Below are positions 1 to 9,500 of a DNA stretch of 64,000 nt, in pieces. The notes below the pieces were generated by a model. It ran no database searches. It saw only the letters and a program-made list of their open reading frames with translations, and was not told the DNA's origin. Origin of the DNA: an uncultured Gemmatimonadaceae bacterium (lineage in GTDB: Bacteria > Gemmatimonadota > Gemmatimonadetes > Gemmatimonadales > Gemmatimonadaceae); NCBI GenBank assembly GCA_963843845.1, contig CAWJMB010000002.1, forward strand, positions 2,720,001 through 2,784,000, read 5' to 3'. The translations under genes and the position numbers were made by a program. Numbering within the stretch: the first letter of the stretch is position 1; every line of letters begins with the position of its first letter.

Positions 1-1284
1 GACGCCGCCGTGCGCCTCGGCGACGCGGTGCACGATCGCGAGCCCGAGCCCGCTCCCGCCGAGCTTCGTCGTGACGAACGGATCGAACAGCCGGTCGACG
101 ACGCTCGCGTCGATCCCCGGCCCCGTGTCGACGATGTCGATCGCGACGGCGCGCGCGGTCTCCCGCAGCGGCAGCTCGCTCGCGGTCGGACGTCGCAGCG
201 TCACAGACACGGCGCCGCCGTCTCGCGTCACCTGCACCGCGTTCAGCACGAGATTCAGCAGCGCGCGGTGCAGCAGCTCCTCGTCGCCGTCGACGACGAG
301 CGGCGCGCGCTCGTCCGCGACGACGCCGACCGTCACGCCCGGGGCGCACGTCGGGTGCAACGCGGCGACCTGCGCTGCGGCGCGCGCCACCTTGGCGAGG
401 TCGACCGGCGCCACACGCTGGACGCGCGCCCGCGCGAAGTCGAGGAACTCGCCCAGCAGATCGCTCAGCCGATCGCTCTCGCGCACGACGAGCGCGGCGA
501 GCGTCTGCGCGTCGTCGTCGTCTCGCGCGCTGCGGCGGGCGAGCTGCTCGACGGCGCTGCGGATCGAGGCGAGCGGGTTCCGGATCTCGTGCGCGAGCGA
601 CGCGGACAGCTCGGCGATGGCCTCCAGCCGCTCGGCGCGCCCGCGCAGCGCGGCGATGCGCTTCGAGTCGGTGATGTCGGAGAAGATCGCCGTCCCGGTG
701 CCGCGCCCGTCGCGCCCCGCAGACGCCGTGGTCGTCACACCGATGCGGCGTGTCTCGTCGAACAGCACGCGTCCTTCGGCGCGCGTCGTACGCACCCCGT
801 CGACGGCGGCGGCGCGCAGCAGCGCCGCCAGCTCGGGTGCGCGTGCCGCGATCTCGTGCAGCACGGGCGCCGCCAACCGCTCGTGCAGCGGCACGCCGAG
901 GAGGGTGACGGCGGCGGGGTTCGCGTAGAGAAGCGTGCCGTCGGCGTCGACGGTGAGCACGCCGCTGCTCATGGCGCGCAACACTTCGGCCGCCTCGATC
1001 CGCGCGCGGGCGAACGCGGCGAGCTGCTGGCGTCCGCCGCGCGTGCGGCGAAGCTCCCACCCGATCCACCCGCCCGCACTCGCCGCGCACACCAGCGCCG
1101 CGAGCTGGCGCGCTCCCTCCGGCGCGTTCGTCCACACGAACGTCGCGGCGAGCGGTGCCGCGAGCAGCAGCGCGGCGAGGACGTCGCGCGCCACGTGCGT
1201 CCAGCGGATCGGCTGGCGCGGATCCGGCGGTACTTGCAGCGCGAGAGCGGTAGATTGCGGGAACGTTCGAGGCGTGCGGTGCAC
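1..1284 (-). CDS. PAS-domain sensor histidine kinase (PilS/NtrB-like), 3' end runs off the window
   Basis: Translated by hand; it is absent from the ORF track because there is no stop inside the window. Two N-terminal TM segments, PAS (SSGVLTVDADGTLLYANPAA), H-box SLAHEIRNPLASI, N-box ALLNLVLNAVQ, G-boxes DTGPGI and PFVTTKLGGSGLGLAIV. GTG start at 1284 is tentative. Confidence 0.9.
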   Translation of the reverse strand, partial: MHRTPRTFPQSTALALQVPPDPRQPIRWTHVARDVLAALLLAAPLAATFVWTNAPEGARQLAALVCAASAGGWIGWELRRTRGGRQQLAAFARARIEAAEVLRAMSSGVLTVDADGTLLYANPAAVTLLGVPLHERLAAPVLHEIAARAPELAALLRAAAVDGVRTTRAEGRVLFDETRRIGVTTTASAGRDGRGTGTAIFSDITDSKRIAALRGRAERLEAIAELSASLAHEIRNPLASIRSAVEQLARRSARDDDDAQTLAALVVRESDRLSDLLGEFLDFARARVQRVAPVDLAKVARAAAQVAALHPTCAPGVTVGVVADERAPLVVDGDEELLHRALLNLVLNAVQVTRDGGAVSVTLRRPTASELPLRETARAVAIDIVDTGPGIDASVVDRLFDPFVTTKLGGSGLGLAIVHRVAEAHGGV

Positions 1285-1320
1285 GTCCGGGGGACGAGCC
1301 AGCGAGACGAGGGTTACTGG

Positions 1321-2649
1321 GTGGAGACAGGCGAGGCGTTGACGCTCGGCGGCATCGCGCTGCGGCTGGGGTTCGTGCTGCTGCTCGTCGCGCTGAACGC
1401 GTTCTTCGTCGCCGCCGAGTTCGCCCTCGTGAGCGCTCGCCGCAGCCGCATCGACCAGCTGGCCGAGCAGGGGAGCGGCTCGGCGAAGCTCGTGCAGCGG
1501 ATCCTCGACCGGCTCGACATCTACATCTCGTCGGCGCAGCTCGGCATCACGCTCGCGTCGCTCGGGCTCGGCTGGATCGGGGAGGCGACGTTCGCGGTGC
1601 TCTTCGACCGCGCGTTCACGGCGGTCGGATTCCCCCCGCCCGCCGCCGCGTCGCACGGCATCGCGTCGGTCGTCGTCGCGTACATCGTGCTGACGATGCT
1701 CCACATCACGCTCGGCGAGCAGACGCCGAAGTCGTTCGCGATCGTGTCGGCGGAGCGGCTCGCGCTGTGGACGGCGCGACCCCTCGTGCTGTTCACGCAG
1801 CTCATGAAGCCGTTCATCTGGGTGCTGAACGCGATGAACAACGCGCTGCTCGGGCTGTTCGGGATCCCGGCGGTGACGGAGAAGAATCACGCTACGTCGC
1901 CCGAAGAGCTGCGGCTGCTCATCGTCCAGGCGCGCGCGCACGGCACGCTCGACGAGAGCGACTCGGCGATGCTCGCCGGCGTGTTCGACTTCCACGACAA
2001 GAAGGCCTACGACGTCATGCGCCCGCGCACCGAAGTGTCGGGGCTGGACGAGGAGGCGACGGAAGAGGAGGTGCGCGAAGTGCTCCGCACGGAGCGCTAT
2101 TCGCGCTATCCGATCTACCGCGACTCGCTCGACGACGTCGTCGGCGTCTTCCTCGCGAAAGACTACTGGCTGCGCGACGACGACCGTCCGTTCAACCTGC
2201 GCGACTACATCCGCGAGCCGCTGTACGTACCGTCGACGCGCGCGGCGGAGCGCGTGCTCGAGGACCTGCGGAAGACGCGCGCGCACCTCGCCGTGGTGCT
2301 CGACGAGTACGGCGGCACGGCGGGGATCGTGACGATCGAAGACCTCGTCGAGGAGGTGGTCGGCGACATCAGCGACGAGTACGACCAGCGCGAGCGCGAC
2401 GCCTTCGAACTCGACGGCGTGCTCGAGCTGGCGGGCGCCCTGTCGCTCGTCGACGTACGATCGGACTACCACCTGCCGGTTCCCGACGGCGACTGGACGA
2501 CGCTGGGCGGCTACGTCTTCAGCACGCTCGGCCGGCTGCCGAAGATCGGCGACCGCGTTCCGTTTCCCGGCGGCGAGCTCGAGGTCGTCGCGATGGACGG
2601 GCGGCGCGTCGCGGCCGTCCGCGTGCACCGCGAGACGGCCAGTGCCTGA
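1321..2649 (+). CDS. Hemolysin-family / CNNM-CBS-CorC_HlyC membrane protein
   Basis: NAFFVAAEFALVS, AQLGITLASLGLGWIGE, CBS pair (YSRYPIY, VVLDEYGGTAGIVTIEDLVEEVVGDI), C-terminal TLGGYV. The ORF extension upstream of 1321 is antisense to the kinase. Confidence 0.93.
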   Translation: METGEALTLGGIALRLGFVLLLVALNAFFVAAEFALVSARRSRIDQLAEQGSGSAKLVQRILDRLDIYISSAQLGITLASLGLGWIGEATFAVLFDRAFTAVGFPPPAAASHGIASVVVAYIVLTMLHITLGEQTPKSFAIVSAERLALWTARPLVLFTQLMKPFIWVLNAMNNALLGLFGIPAVTEKNHATSPEELRLLIVQARAHGTLDESDSAMLAGVFDFHDKKAYDVMRPRTEVSGLDEEATEEEVREVLRTERYSRYPIYRDSLDDVVGVFLAKDYWLRDDDRPFNLRDYIREPLYVPSTRAAERVLEDLRKTRAHLAVVLDEYGGTAGIVTIEDLVEEVVGDISDEYDQRERDAFELDGVLELAGALSLVDVRSDYHLPVPDGDWTTLGGYVFSTLGRLPKIGDRVPFPGGELEVVAMDGRRVAAVRVHRETASA

Positions 2650-3508
2650 GGCGCTGTCCAGCCGCGCATCACGCGCGCTGGTCCTCGCCTTCGGCGCGCT
2701 CGGCGCGATCGGCGCGCTCGCGACGATCGGCACGCTCGGCGCGTGCACGCGCCCCGAGTCGCGCCCCGCGGCGGCTGCGACGGCGTCGCCCGCGGCGGCG
2801 CCCGACGGCACCGCGAACGACACGATCGTCGCGCGCGCCCCCGCCGGTGCCCCGGCCGCGCAGTTCCCCGCCCCGACGCGGCCGGTCTCAGCGATCGTCT
2901 CGCCGCGGTGGTCGGGCGAAGACGAACGCGACGACGCGGGCGAGGCGGCACGCGTGCTCGACGCGGGAGGCGTGAAGGCGGGCGAGACGGTCGCCGACAT
3001 CGGCGCGGGCGACGGCTACTACGCCCTGCGCGCCGCGACGCGCGTCGGCCCCACGGGCCGCGTGTTCGCCGAGGACATCGTCGAGCGATACCTCGAGCTG
3101 CTGCACGACCGCCTGCGCGAGGCGCCGACCACGAACGTCGTCCTCGCGCTCGGAGAGCCGCACGACCCGCGGCTGCCGGCGCGCTCGGTCGACGTCGCGC
3201 TCCTCGTGCACATGTATCACGAGATCACGCAGCCGTTCGGGCTGCTCTACAACCTGGCCGGCGCGATGCGCTCGGGCGGACGCGTCGTCATCGTCGACCA
3301 GGACGGGCCGACGAGCGCGCACGGCACGCCGATCCGGCTACTCCGCTGTGAGATGGAGTCGATGGGCTACCGGTGGAGTCGCACCGACGTGCTCGCCGAC
3401 GGCGCGTACGTCGCGCTGTTCACGGCGCCGCCGTCCGACTCGCTCACGCCCCCCGCCCGCGTCGCCGGCGCGCTCGCCGCGCGAGGGTGCTCGACGCTCG
3501 CGCGCTGA
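2642..3508 (+). CDS. Class I SAM-dependent methyltransferase, probably exported/lipoprotein
   Basis: VADIGAGDGYY motif I; signal-like N-terminus ending LGAC. Confidence 0.85.
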   Translation: MPEALSSRASRALVLAFGALGAIGALATIGTLGACTRPESRPAAAATASPAAAPDGTANDTIVARAPAGAPAAQFPAPTRPVSAIVSPRWSGEDERDDAGEAARVLDAGGVKAGETVADIGAGDGYYALRAATRVGPTGRVFAEDIVERYLELLHDRLREAPTTNVVLALGEPHDPRLPARSVDVALLVHMYHEITQPFGLLYNLAGAMRSGGRVVIVDQDGPTSAHGTPIRLLRCEMESMGYRWSRTDVLADGAYVALFTAPPSDSLTPPARVAGALAARGCSTLAR

Positions 3509-3521
3509 CGCACGATCGGCG

Positions 3522-3989
3522 ATGAGTGATCCGACGCACGCCGCCGCCCCGCCGGCCGATCCCGCGTCCGACGCGCTCGGCGTCACCCCCACGATCGCGA
3601 TCCCGCGCGGCGAGCTGGAGATCCGCGCGAGTCGGGCGGGGGGACCGGGCGGCCAGCACGTGAACACGTCGAGCACGCGCATCGAGCTGCGGTGGAACGT
3701 GCGCCGCACGCGCGCCCTCGACGACGCGCAGCGCGACCGCGTCCTCGCGCAGCTCGCGGCGCGGCTCGACACCGACGGCGGCGTGCGCGTCGTCGCGAGC
3801 GAGTTCCGCAGTCAGCGGCAGAACCGCGAGGCGGCGGAAGCGCGGCTCGTGGCGCTCGTGCGGCAGTCGCTGCACGTGCCGAAGGCGCGCAAGGCGACGA
3901 AGCCGTCGCGCGCGGCCAAGGCGAAACGGCTCGACGAGAAGCGGCGCCAGTCCCAGAAGAAGGGCCAGCGCCGTTGGCAGGGCGAGTGA
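3522..3989 (+). CDS. arfB: Alternative ribosome rescue peptidyl-tRNA hydrolase ArfB
   Basis: SRAGGPGGQHVN (GGQ), RSQRQNRE, basic tail KATKPSRAAKAKRLDEKRRQSQKK. Confidence 0.95.
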   Translation: MSDPTHAAAPPADPASDALGVTPTIAIPRGELEIRASRAGGPGGQHVNTSSTRIELRWNVRRTRALDDAQRDRVLAQLAARLDTDGGVRVVASEFRSQRQNREAAEARLVALVRQSLHVPKARKATKPSRAAKAKRLDEKRRQSQKKGQRRWQGE

Positions 3990-4017
3990 CGGCGAGCGCG
4001 CGGGCCGCCGCTCGCCG

Positions 4018-4054
4018 TTGGCGCTGGCGCTGGCGCTGGCGCTGGCGCTGGCGC
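4018..4054. repeat. Tandem hexamer (TGGCGC) about 6 copies between convergent genes
   Basis: Read directly from the sequence. Confidence 0.9.
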
Positions 4055-4080
4055 AGTGCATCGCGCCGGGCGCTGAACCG

Positions 4081-4833
4081 TCAGCGCGCCCCGATCGACA
4101 CTCCGATGTGGTACGTCCACAGATTCGCCGTGCTCGTGACCGGATTCAGCACGATGTCGCCGTTCGGGAGGTCCTGGATGTCGCCCTTCCGCAGGTACTG
4201 CACGCGCCCGTTGGAGTTGTAGCGCGCGCCGACGTCGAGGAAGAAGAGCGTGCGCGCGTTGCCGGCGACGCGGATCAGCGTGCCGAGCCCACCGCCGTAG
4301 GAGAGCGTGCCGTCGCGGAGGTTGGTCGTGCGGAACAGCGGCTCGTCGTCGTCGCTCCGCGAGCTCTGCAGCGACGACTCGGTCTGGAAGCTCGTGTAGC
4401 CGACGCTGCCGTTCACGTAGGGGCGGACCGCGCCGCGTGGCGCCATCAGCTGCGGGCCGACGCCGAGCCAGTAGATGTTGTTCGACGTCGTCAGGTCGGC
4501 CGTGATGCGTCCGCCGACGGTCGGGCTGAGCAGCACGCGCGCGCGCTCGCGGCCGTACTGCACGAAGTTGCCGTCGAGCCGCACGGCGAATGCGCCCGAG
4601 CCGCCGAGCCGCGCGAGCCCGTGCAGGCCGACGCCGACGCCGCCGCGCACGTAGTCGCCGAACTCGCCGACCGGCTGCGCGACGGTGACGCCGCCGCCAC
4701 CCATGAGGCGCGGCTCGCCGCGTCGCGTCGCCGCCCCGTAGGTCTGCGCGGCGACCAGCGCCGGCGCGGCGAAGGCGAGGAGCGTCGCGGCCAGCACGGG
4801 GTGTCGCCCCGATCGATCGGAGATGCGGAACAT
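4081..4833 (-). CDS. Outer-membrane beta-barrel protein
   Basis: Signal peptide (ALVAAQ), alternating Gly/aromatic beta-strands, C-terminal WTYHIGVSIG. Confidence 0.75.
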   Translation of the reverse strand: MFRISDRSGRHPVLAATLLAFAAPALVAAQTYGAATRRGEPRLMGGGGVTVAQPVGEFGDYVRGGVGVGLHGLARLGGSGAFAVRLDGNFVQYGRERARVLLSPTVGGRITADLTTSNNIYWLGVGPQLMAPRGAVRPYVNGSVGYTSFQTESSLQSSRSDDDEPLFRTTNLRDGTLSYGGGLGTLIRVAGNARTLFFLDVGARYNSNGRVQYLRKGDIQDLPNGDIVLNPVTSTANLWTYHIGVSIGAR

Positions 4834-4941
4834 GACTCGGTCTCGAAGGAGTGTGTCGGTGCCGACCGTACGCCGCCGCCGCACGCCGCGTTTCACGGCC
4901 GCGGCCTTGCGACGACCCGCGGGATCGGCCAGCGTGCGCGC

Positions 4942-6525
4942 ATGACCGAGAACCTGCTCGCGCGCCACCCGCTCGAGGCCGTCCGACTCGTCGCGCTGGA
5001 GTGGCTCGGCGACGCGATCGCCGCACGCGCGCGCCTCGCGGACACGAGCGACGGCGAGGCGCTGCACGACTTCCGCGTCGCGATCCGGCGGCTGCGCAGC
5101 ACCGAGCGCGCGTTCCGCGACGCGCTGGCGGACAGTGTCTCGACGAAGGACCGGCGACGGTTGCGGCGCGTCGCGTCGGCGACGAGCGTCGGGCGCGACG
5201 CCGAAGTGCAGATCGAGTGGGTCGACGCCCAGCGCGCGTCGCTCTACTCGCGCCACCGCCCCGGCGCGCTCTGGTTTCGCGAGCGGCTGCGCGCGCGCAA
5301 GGCCGCGGCCGACGGCCGGCTGCACGACGAGATCGCCGGCGACTTCGATCGCGTCGCGGCGGCGCTGCGCACGGCGCTGCCGCAGTACACGCTGACCCAC
5401 ACCGTCGGCGACGCCAGCGCGCCGCCGCGCTTCGCCGACGCGCTCGCCACCCGCGTGCGGGCCGCCGCGATCGAGCTCGCGGCGCGACTCGGCGTCGTCA
5501 CCGGGCCGGGGGCGGTCGACGAAGCGCACGAAGCGCGCATCGCGGCGAAGCGACTGCGCTACCTGCTGGAGCCGGTGGCCCGCGAGCCCGGCGTGACCGA
5601 AGTCGTCAAGTCGATCAAGGCGCTGCAGGAATCGTTGGGCGAGCTGCACGACCTCGATGTGGTCGCGGTCGAGCTGACCGACGCGCTGGCGGCGCTCGAC
5701 GCCGAACAGTCGTCCGCCGCCGACGACACCGCGGCGGAGCGCGACGCGTCCGAGGCGTCGACTGCGACGAGCGCCGACGACGACCCGCACGACGCGACGC
5801 CGGCGCCCGACGAGTCCGCGGCGCCGGACCGGGCGGCACCGCCCCGGTCAGCGCGCGACCCGCGTCCCGGCCTCCTCTCGCTCGCTCGGCGCGGTCGCAC
5901 CCGGCGCGAGGCGCTGTACCACGAGATCGCCGGACGCTGGTTCGCTGGCGCCGCGGCGCCGTTCTTCGCGCGCGTCGAGCGGGTCGCACAGTCGTTCGCC
6001 GCGCCAGTCGGCGGGCCGTCGTACGGGCCGACCGATGGCATCCCGCGCGAGATCGAGCGCAAGTACCTGCTGCGCGGACTGCCGCCGCGAGCGCGCGAGG
6101 TCGAGCCGCTCGACGTCGCGCAGGGGTGGATCCCCGGCGAGACGCTGCGCGAGCGCGTGCGCCGAGTCCGCGACGCGAGCGGCGACCACTTCTACCGCAC
6201 CGTGAAGCTCGGCCGCGGGCTCTCGCGCATCGAGCTCGACGAAGAGACGACGGCGGAGATCTGGAGCACGCTCTGGCCCCTCACGACGGCTCGGCGCATC
6301 ACGAAGCGTCGCTACCGGATTCCCGTCGGCGAGTTGACCTGGGAGATCGACGCGTTCGACGAGACGCGCGACGGCCCCGACCTGGTGATCGCCGAAGTCG
6401 AGCTGCCGGACGAGCAGACGTCGGTCGAGATCCCCGAGTGGCTCGCGCCGTACGTCGTGCGCGACGTGACCGACGAGTCCGGGTACACGAACTATCAGCT
6501 CGCTGGAGCGACGGCCGATGGCTGA
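4942..6525 (+). CDS. CHAD domain + CYTH (triphosphate tunnel) domain fusion
   Basis: CHAD: EALHDFRVAIRRLRS, HEARIAAKRLRYLLE, LQESLGELHDLDV. CYTH: EIERKYL, KRRYRI, WEIDAF, LVIAEVEL. Confidence 0.9.
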   Translation: MTENLLARHPLEAVRLVALEWLGDAIAARARLADTSDGEALHDFRVAIRRLRSTERAFRDALADSVSTKDRRRLRRVASATSVGRDAEVQIEWVDAQRASLYSRHRPGALWFRERLRARKAAADGRLHDEIAGDFDRVAAALRTALPQYTLTHTVGDASAPPRFADALATRVRAAAIELAARLGVVTGPGAVDEAHEARIAAKRLRYLLEPVAREPGVTEVVKSIKALQESLGELHDLDVVAVELTDALAALDAEQSSAADDTAAERDASEASTATSADDDPHDATPAPDESAAPDRAAPPRSARDPRPGLLSLARRGRTRREALYHEIAGRWFAGAAAPFFARVERVAQSFAAPVGGPSYGPTDGIPREIERKYLLRGLPPRAREVEPLDVAQGWIPGETLRERVRRVRDASGDHFYRTVKLGRGLSRIELDEETTAEIWSTLWPLTTARRITKRRYRIPVGELTWEIDAFDETRDGPDLVIAEVELPDEQTSVEIPEWLAPYVVRDVTDESGYTNYQLAGATADG

Positions 6526-6907
6526 CGACGCGGATCGCGTGCGGATCGACAAGTGGCTCTGGGCGGCGCGCTTCTTCAAGACGCGCTCGCTCGCGACCGA
6601 CGCCGTCGAGGGGGGCAAGGTCGACGTGAACGGCGCGCGCGTGAAGCCGTCGAAGCTCGTCGGACCGGGCGACGAGGTGCGCGTGCGCGTCGGGGCGCAG
6701 CTGTTCGTCGTACACGTGAAGGACACGCGCGAGCGCCGCGGCTCGGCGACCGTCGCGCGCGAGCTGTACGACGAGACGCCGGAGAGCGTGGCCGCGCGCG
6801 CGCGCGAGGCCGAACAGCACCGGCTCGCGGCGCAATCGTTCGACTTCGACGACGGCCGGCCGAACAAGAAGGACCGGCGCGACATCCAGCGACTCCGGGG
6901 GCGTTAG
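6518..6907 (+). CDS. hslR: Ribosome-associated heat shock protein Hsp15 (S4 domain)
   Basis: RIDKWLWAARFFKTRSLA, RRGSATVARELYDET, GRPNKKDRR. Confidence 0.93.
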   Translation: MADDADRVRIDKWLWAARFFKTRSLATDAVEGGKVDVNGARVKPSKLVGPGDEVRVRVGAQLFVVHVKDTRERRGSATVARELYDETPESVAARAREAEQHRLAAQSFDFDDGRPNKKDRRDIQRLRGR

Positions 6908-7605
6908 GCGCCTCGACGGGCCGCGCCCCGGTCGCCCAAGACGGCGGCCAGCGTGCCGGCGTCCACCCGGTGCGCGCCGTCGAATCGGACGACGTCGAGC
7001 CGGACACCCGACGTCGTCAGTCGTGCCTCGAGCTCGGCGAACCGCTCGGGCGTCACGAACGGGTCCGAGCGTCCCGCCACGAGCGTCACGCGCGTCGCGC
7101 GGAGCCACGCCGCGTCGAGGTCGAGATCGGGCGGCGTGTCGCCGGCCCAGAGCACGAGCCGCCGCGCGGGCGCCGCGCCCGACGCGGCACGCGCGGCGAG
7201 CCACCGGCACGCCGTCGCGGTTCCCTGCGAGAACGCGAGCACGTGGAGCGGCACGTGCTCCGCGGCGCGCGTGTCGTACGCCGCCCGGACCGCGAGATCG
7301 AGCCACCGCACGTAGTCGGCGATCTCGGCCTCGCGGTCCTCGCGGGTCATCCACGTGGCGCCGACGCGAGGCCCGTGCGCCCCGGCGTTCCCCTCGCGCG
7401 ACTCGAGATAGAACCGCGACAGCGCCTCCGGCGCGACGATGAGCCGTTCGGCGAGGTGCGGCGCGAAGTGTCGAACGAAGTGCGACGCGAGCTGTCCGTA
7501 GCCGTGGATCGCGACCCACAGCTCGCGCGCCGTCGCCGCGTCGCCGAGCGCGTAGAGGCGCGCGGTGCGCGGCACGGTGACGTGCAGCACGCGCGCCTCG
7601 CTCAC
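6904..7605 (-). CDS. Alpha/beta hydrolase (phospholipase/carboxylesterase family)
   Basis: HGYGQLA, nucleophile elbow AFSQG, Asp (SDPF), His (FDGAH). Confidence 0.85.
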   Translation of the reverse strand: MSEARVLHVTVPRTARLYALGDAATARELWVAIHGYGQLASHFVRHFAPHLAERLIVAPEALSRFYLESREGNAGAHGPRVGATWMTREDREAEIADYVRWLDLAVRAAYDTRAAEHVPLHVLAFSQGTATACRWLAARAASGAAPARRLVLWAGDTPPDLDLDAAWLRATRVTLVAGRSDPFVTPERFAELEARLTTSGVRLDVVRFDGAHRVDAGTLAAVLGDRGAARRGA

Positions 7606-8033
7606 GGCGCGGGCGACTCGCGCGGCACGTACGCGACGGCGCTGATCTCGACGAGGATCCCGCGCAGCGACACGCCGACCGTCGCACGCGACGGGTACGG
7701 CGGGGCCAACGCCGCGCGGTACGCCGCATCGAACGCCGCCCAGTCGTCGACGTTCGTCAGGTACGCGGTCACCGAGACGAGGTCGGCGAGCGACGCGCCC
7801 GACGCGGCCAGTACGCCCTCGACGTTGCGCAGCACCTGCTGCGTCTGCTCGGTCACGTCGGCGCCGACCAGATCACCGGTGCGCGGGTCACGCGGGACCT
7901 GACCCGAGACGAACAGCAGATCGCCTGCGCGCACGCCAGGCGAGTACGCGCCCGCCGGCGGCGGCGCGTCGGGCAACATGATCGGCGTCCAGGGGCGTGC
8001 GGCGGGTTGCTCAGGAGTCGACGCGGATGTCAT
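7602..8033 (-). CDS. ridA: RidA/YjgF family enamine deaminase
   Basis: GAYSPGVRAGDLLFVSGQVP, PYPSRATVGV, LVEISAVA. Confidence 0.9.
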   Translation of the reverse strand: MTSASTPEQPAARPWTPIMLPDAPPPAGAYSPGVRAGDLLFVSGQVPRDPRTGDLVGADVTEQTQQVLRNVEGVLAASGASLADLVSVTAYLTNVDDWAAFDAAYRAALAPPYPSRATVGVSLRGILVEISAVAYVPRESPAP

Positions 8034-8097
8034 GTATCCTCCAGGTGCGATGGGTGGTGTGGCGTCGCGTTCACTTCTCTCTCGTTCGGATCGGTCG

Positions 8098-9225
8098 GTG
8101 CCCCAATACATCGAGCAGCTCGAGACGCCCGCCGCGGTCGTCGACCTCGACGTCCTCGCCGGCAACCTCGACCGCATGGCGGCGTATGCCGCCTTGCACG
8201 GGCTGCACCTCCGTCCCCACGTGAAGACGCACAAGGCGCCGCGCATCGCCGCCGAGCAACTGCGGCTGGGCGCCGTGGGGCTCACGTGCGCGACGGTGCG
8301 CGAGGCCGAAGTCATGGCCGAGCTGTCGAGCGACCTGTTCGTCGCGTACCCCGTCATCGGCGCGACGAAGCTGCGCCGCCTGATGGCAGTCGCCGGACGC
8401 GCGCGTGTGCGCGTCGCGCTCGACTCGGCGCGCACGGCGGTGCAGCTCGCCGCGGCCGCCGACGAGGTGCAGTGCGACGTCGGCGTGCTGATCGAGCTCG
8501 ACCTCGGGATGCACCGCGTCGGGGTCCAGACACCCGAGGCGGCCGTCGAGCTGGCGCGCTTCGTCGCCGACCGCGCGCCGCTGCGCTACGAAGGGGTCAC
8601 GTTCTATCCCGGGCACGTGCGGCAAGCTATCGGCGAGCAGGGCGACGCGCTGAGCGAGGTCGCGCGTGCGCTCGGCGACACGCTCGACGCGCTGGACGCT
8701 GCCGGGCTTCGGGCGCGCGTCGTGAGCGGGGGCTCGACGCCAACCGCGTGGCGGATGCACGAGGTGCCGCGCGTCACGGAGGTGCGACCCGGGACGTACG
8801 TCTACAACGACCGCACCACGGCATCCCTCGGCGCGTGCGAGTGGGACGAGTGCGCGCTCACCGTCGTCGCGACCGTCGTGAGCACGGCGGTGCCCGGCCA
8901 GGCCGTGATCGACGCCGGCGCGAAAGCGTTAGGCCGCGAGCCGCTCGACGCGACGCGCGGATCGGCGGCGCCTGGCTTCGCCGCGCTGCTCGACCGGCCG
9001 GAGGTGGTGGTGACGCGGATGTCGGAGGAGCACGGCATTCTCGACCTCGCCCGCACCGATTGGCGGCCCAAGGTCGGCGAGGTCGTCCGCCTCGTGCCGA
9101 ACCACGTCTGCATCGTGGTGCATCTGAACGACCTGGTGTACGGCGTGCGGAACGGGATCGTGGAGACGCGGTGGGCGGTGGCGGCGAGGGGGCGGGAGGT
9201 GCCCGAGATGATCCCGGCGTGGTAG
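8098..9225 (+). CDS. Fold-type III PLP enzyme (D-threonine aldolase / D-serine dehydratase family)
   Basis: LETPAAVVD, RPHVKTHK, SGGSTPT, EVRPGTYVYND, SEEHG, VPNHVC. Confidence 0.88.
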   Translation: MPQYIEQLETPAAVVDLDVLAGNLDRMAAYAALHGLHLRPHVKTHKAPRIAAEQLRLGAVGLTCATVREAEVMAELSSDLFVAYPVIGATKLRRLMAVAGRARVRVALDSARTAVQLAAAADEVQCDVGVLIELDLGMHRVGVQTPEAAVELARFVADRAPLRYEGVTFYPGHVRQAIGEQGDALSEVARALGDTLDALDAAGLRARVVSGGSTPTAWRMHEVPRVTEVRPGTYVYNDRTTASLGACEWDECALTVVATVVSTAVPGQAVIDAGAKALGREPLDATRGSAAPGFAALLDRPEVVVTRMSEEHGILDLARTDWRPKVGEVVRLVPNHVCIVVHLNDLVYGVRNGIVETRWAVAARGREVPEMIPAW

Positions 9226-9321
9226 CACGGGCCCGGGCCGCTCACGGCGGGGTCCGTCCGGCGGGGGCGATCATGCGGTGACGGGACGGCGGAGCAGCGC
9301 TGGCGAGACGGCGCCGGCGGC

Positions 9322-9377
9322 GAAGCGCTGGCGGTGAAGCGCTGGCGGTGAAGCGCTGGCGATGAAGCGCTGGCGGT
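9322..9377. repeat. 14-bp tandem repeat (GAAGCGCTGGCGRT) x4
   Basis: Read directly; intergenic. Confidence 0.9.
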
Positions 9378-9481
9378 TCACCGCCGGCGCCAGTACGCCG
9401 TCCCGTCACCGCCACACTGACCCCGTCGTAGCGACCCCGCCGTCAATGGCCGCAGCGCCGTCATCGGACCGGCGCTCTGTC

Positions 9482-9498
9482 GTTCGGACTACATTCGG
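9482..9498 (+). promoter_or_regulatory. Candidate DNA-damage operator GTTCGG-ACTAC-ATTCGG overlapping a -10-like TACATT
   Basis: Ends 2 bp before the dinB ATG; 14/17 identical to the site at 21797-21813. Confidence 0.55.
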
Positions 9499-9500
9499 GC

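Noticed and set aside
10..1320. N-terminal extension of the hemolysin-family ORF
   Set aside because: It is the antisense reading of the minus-strand histidine kinase.
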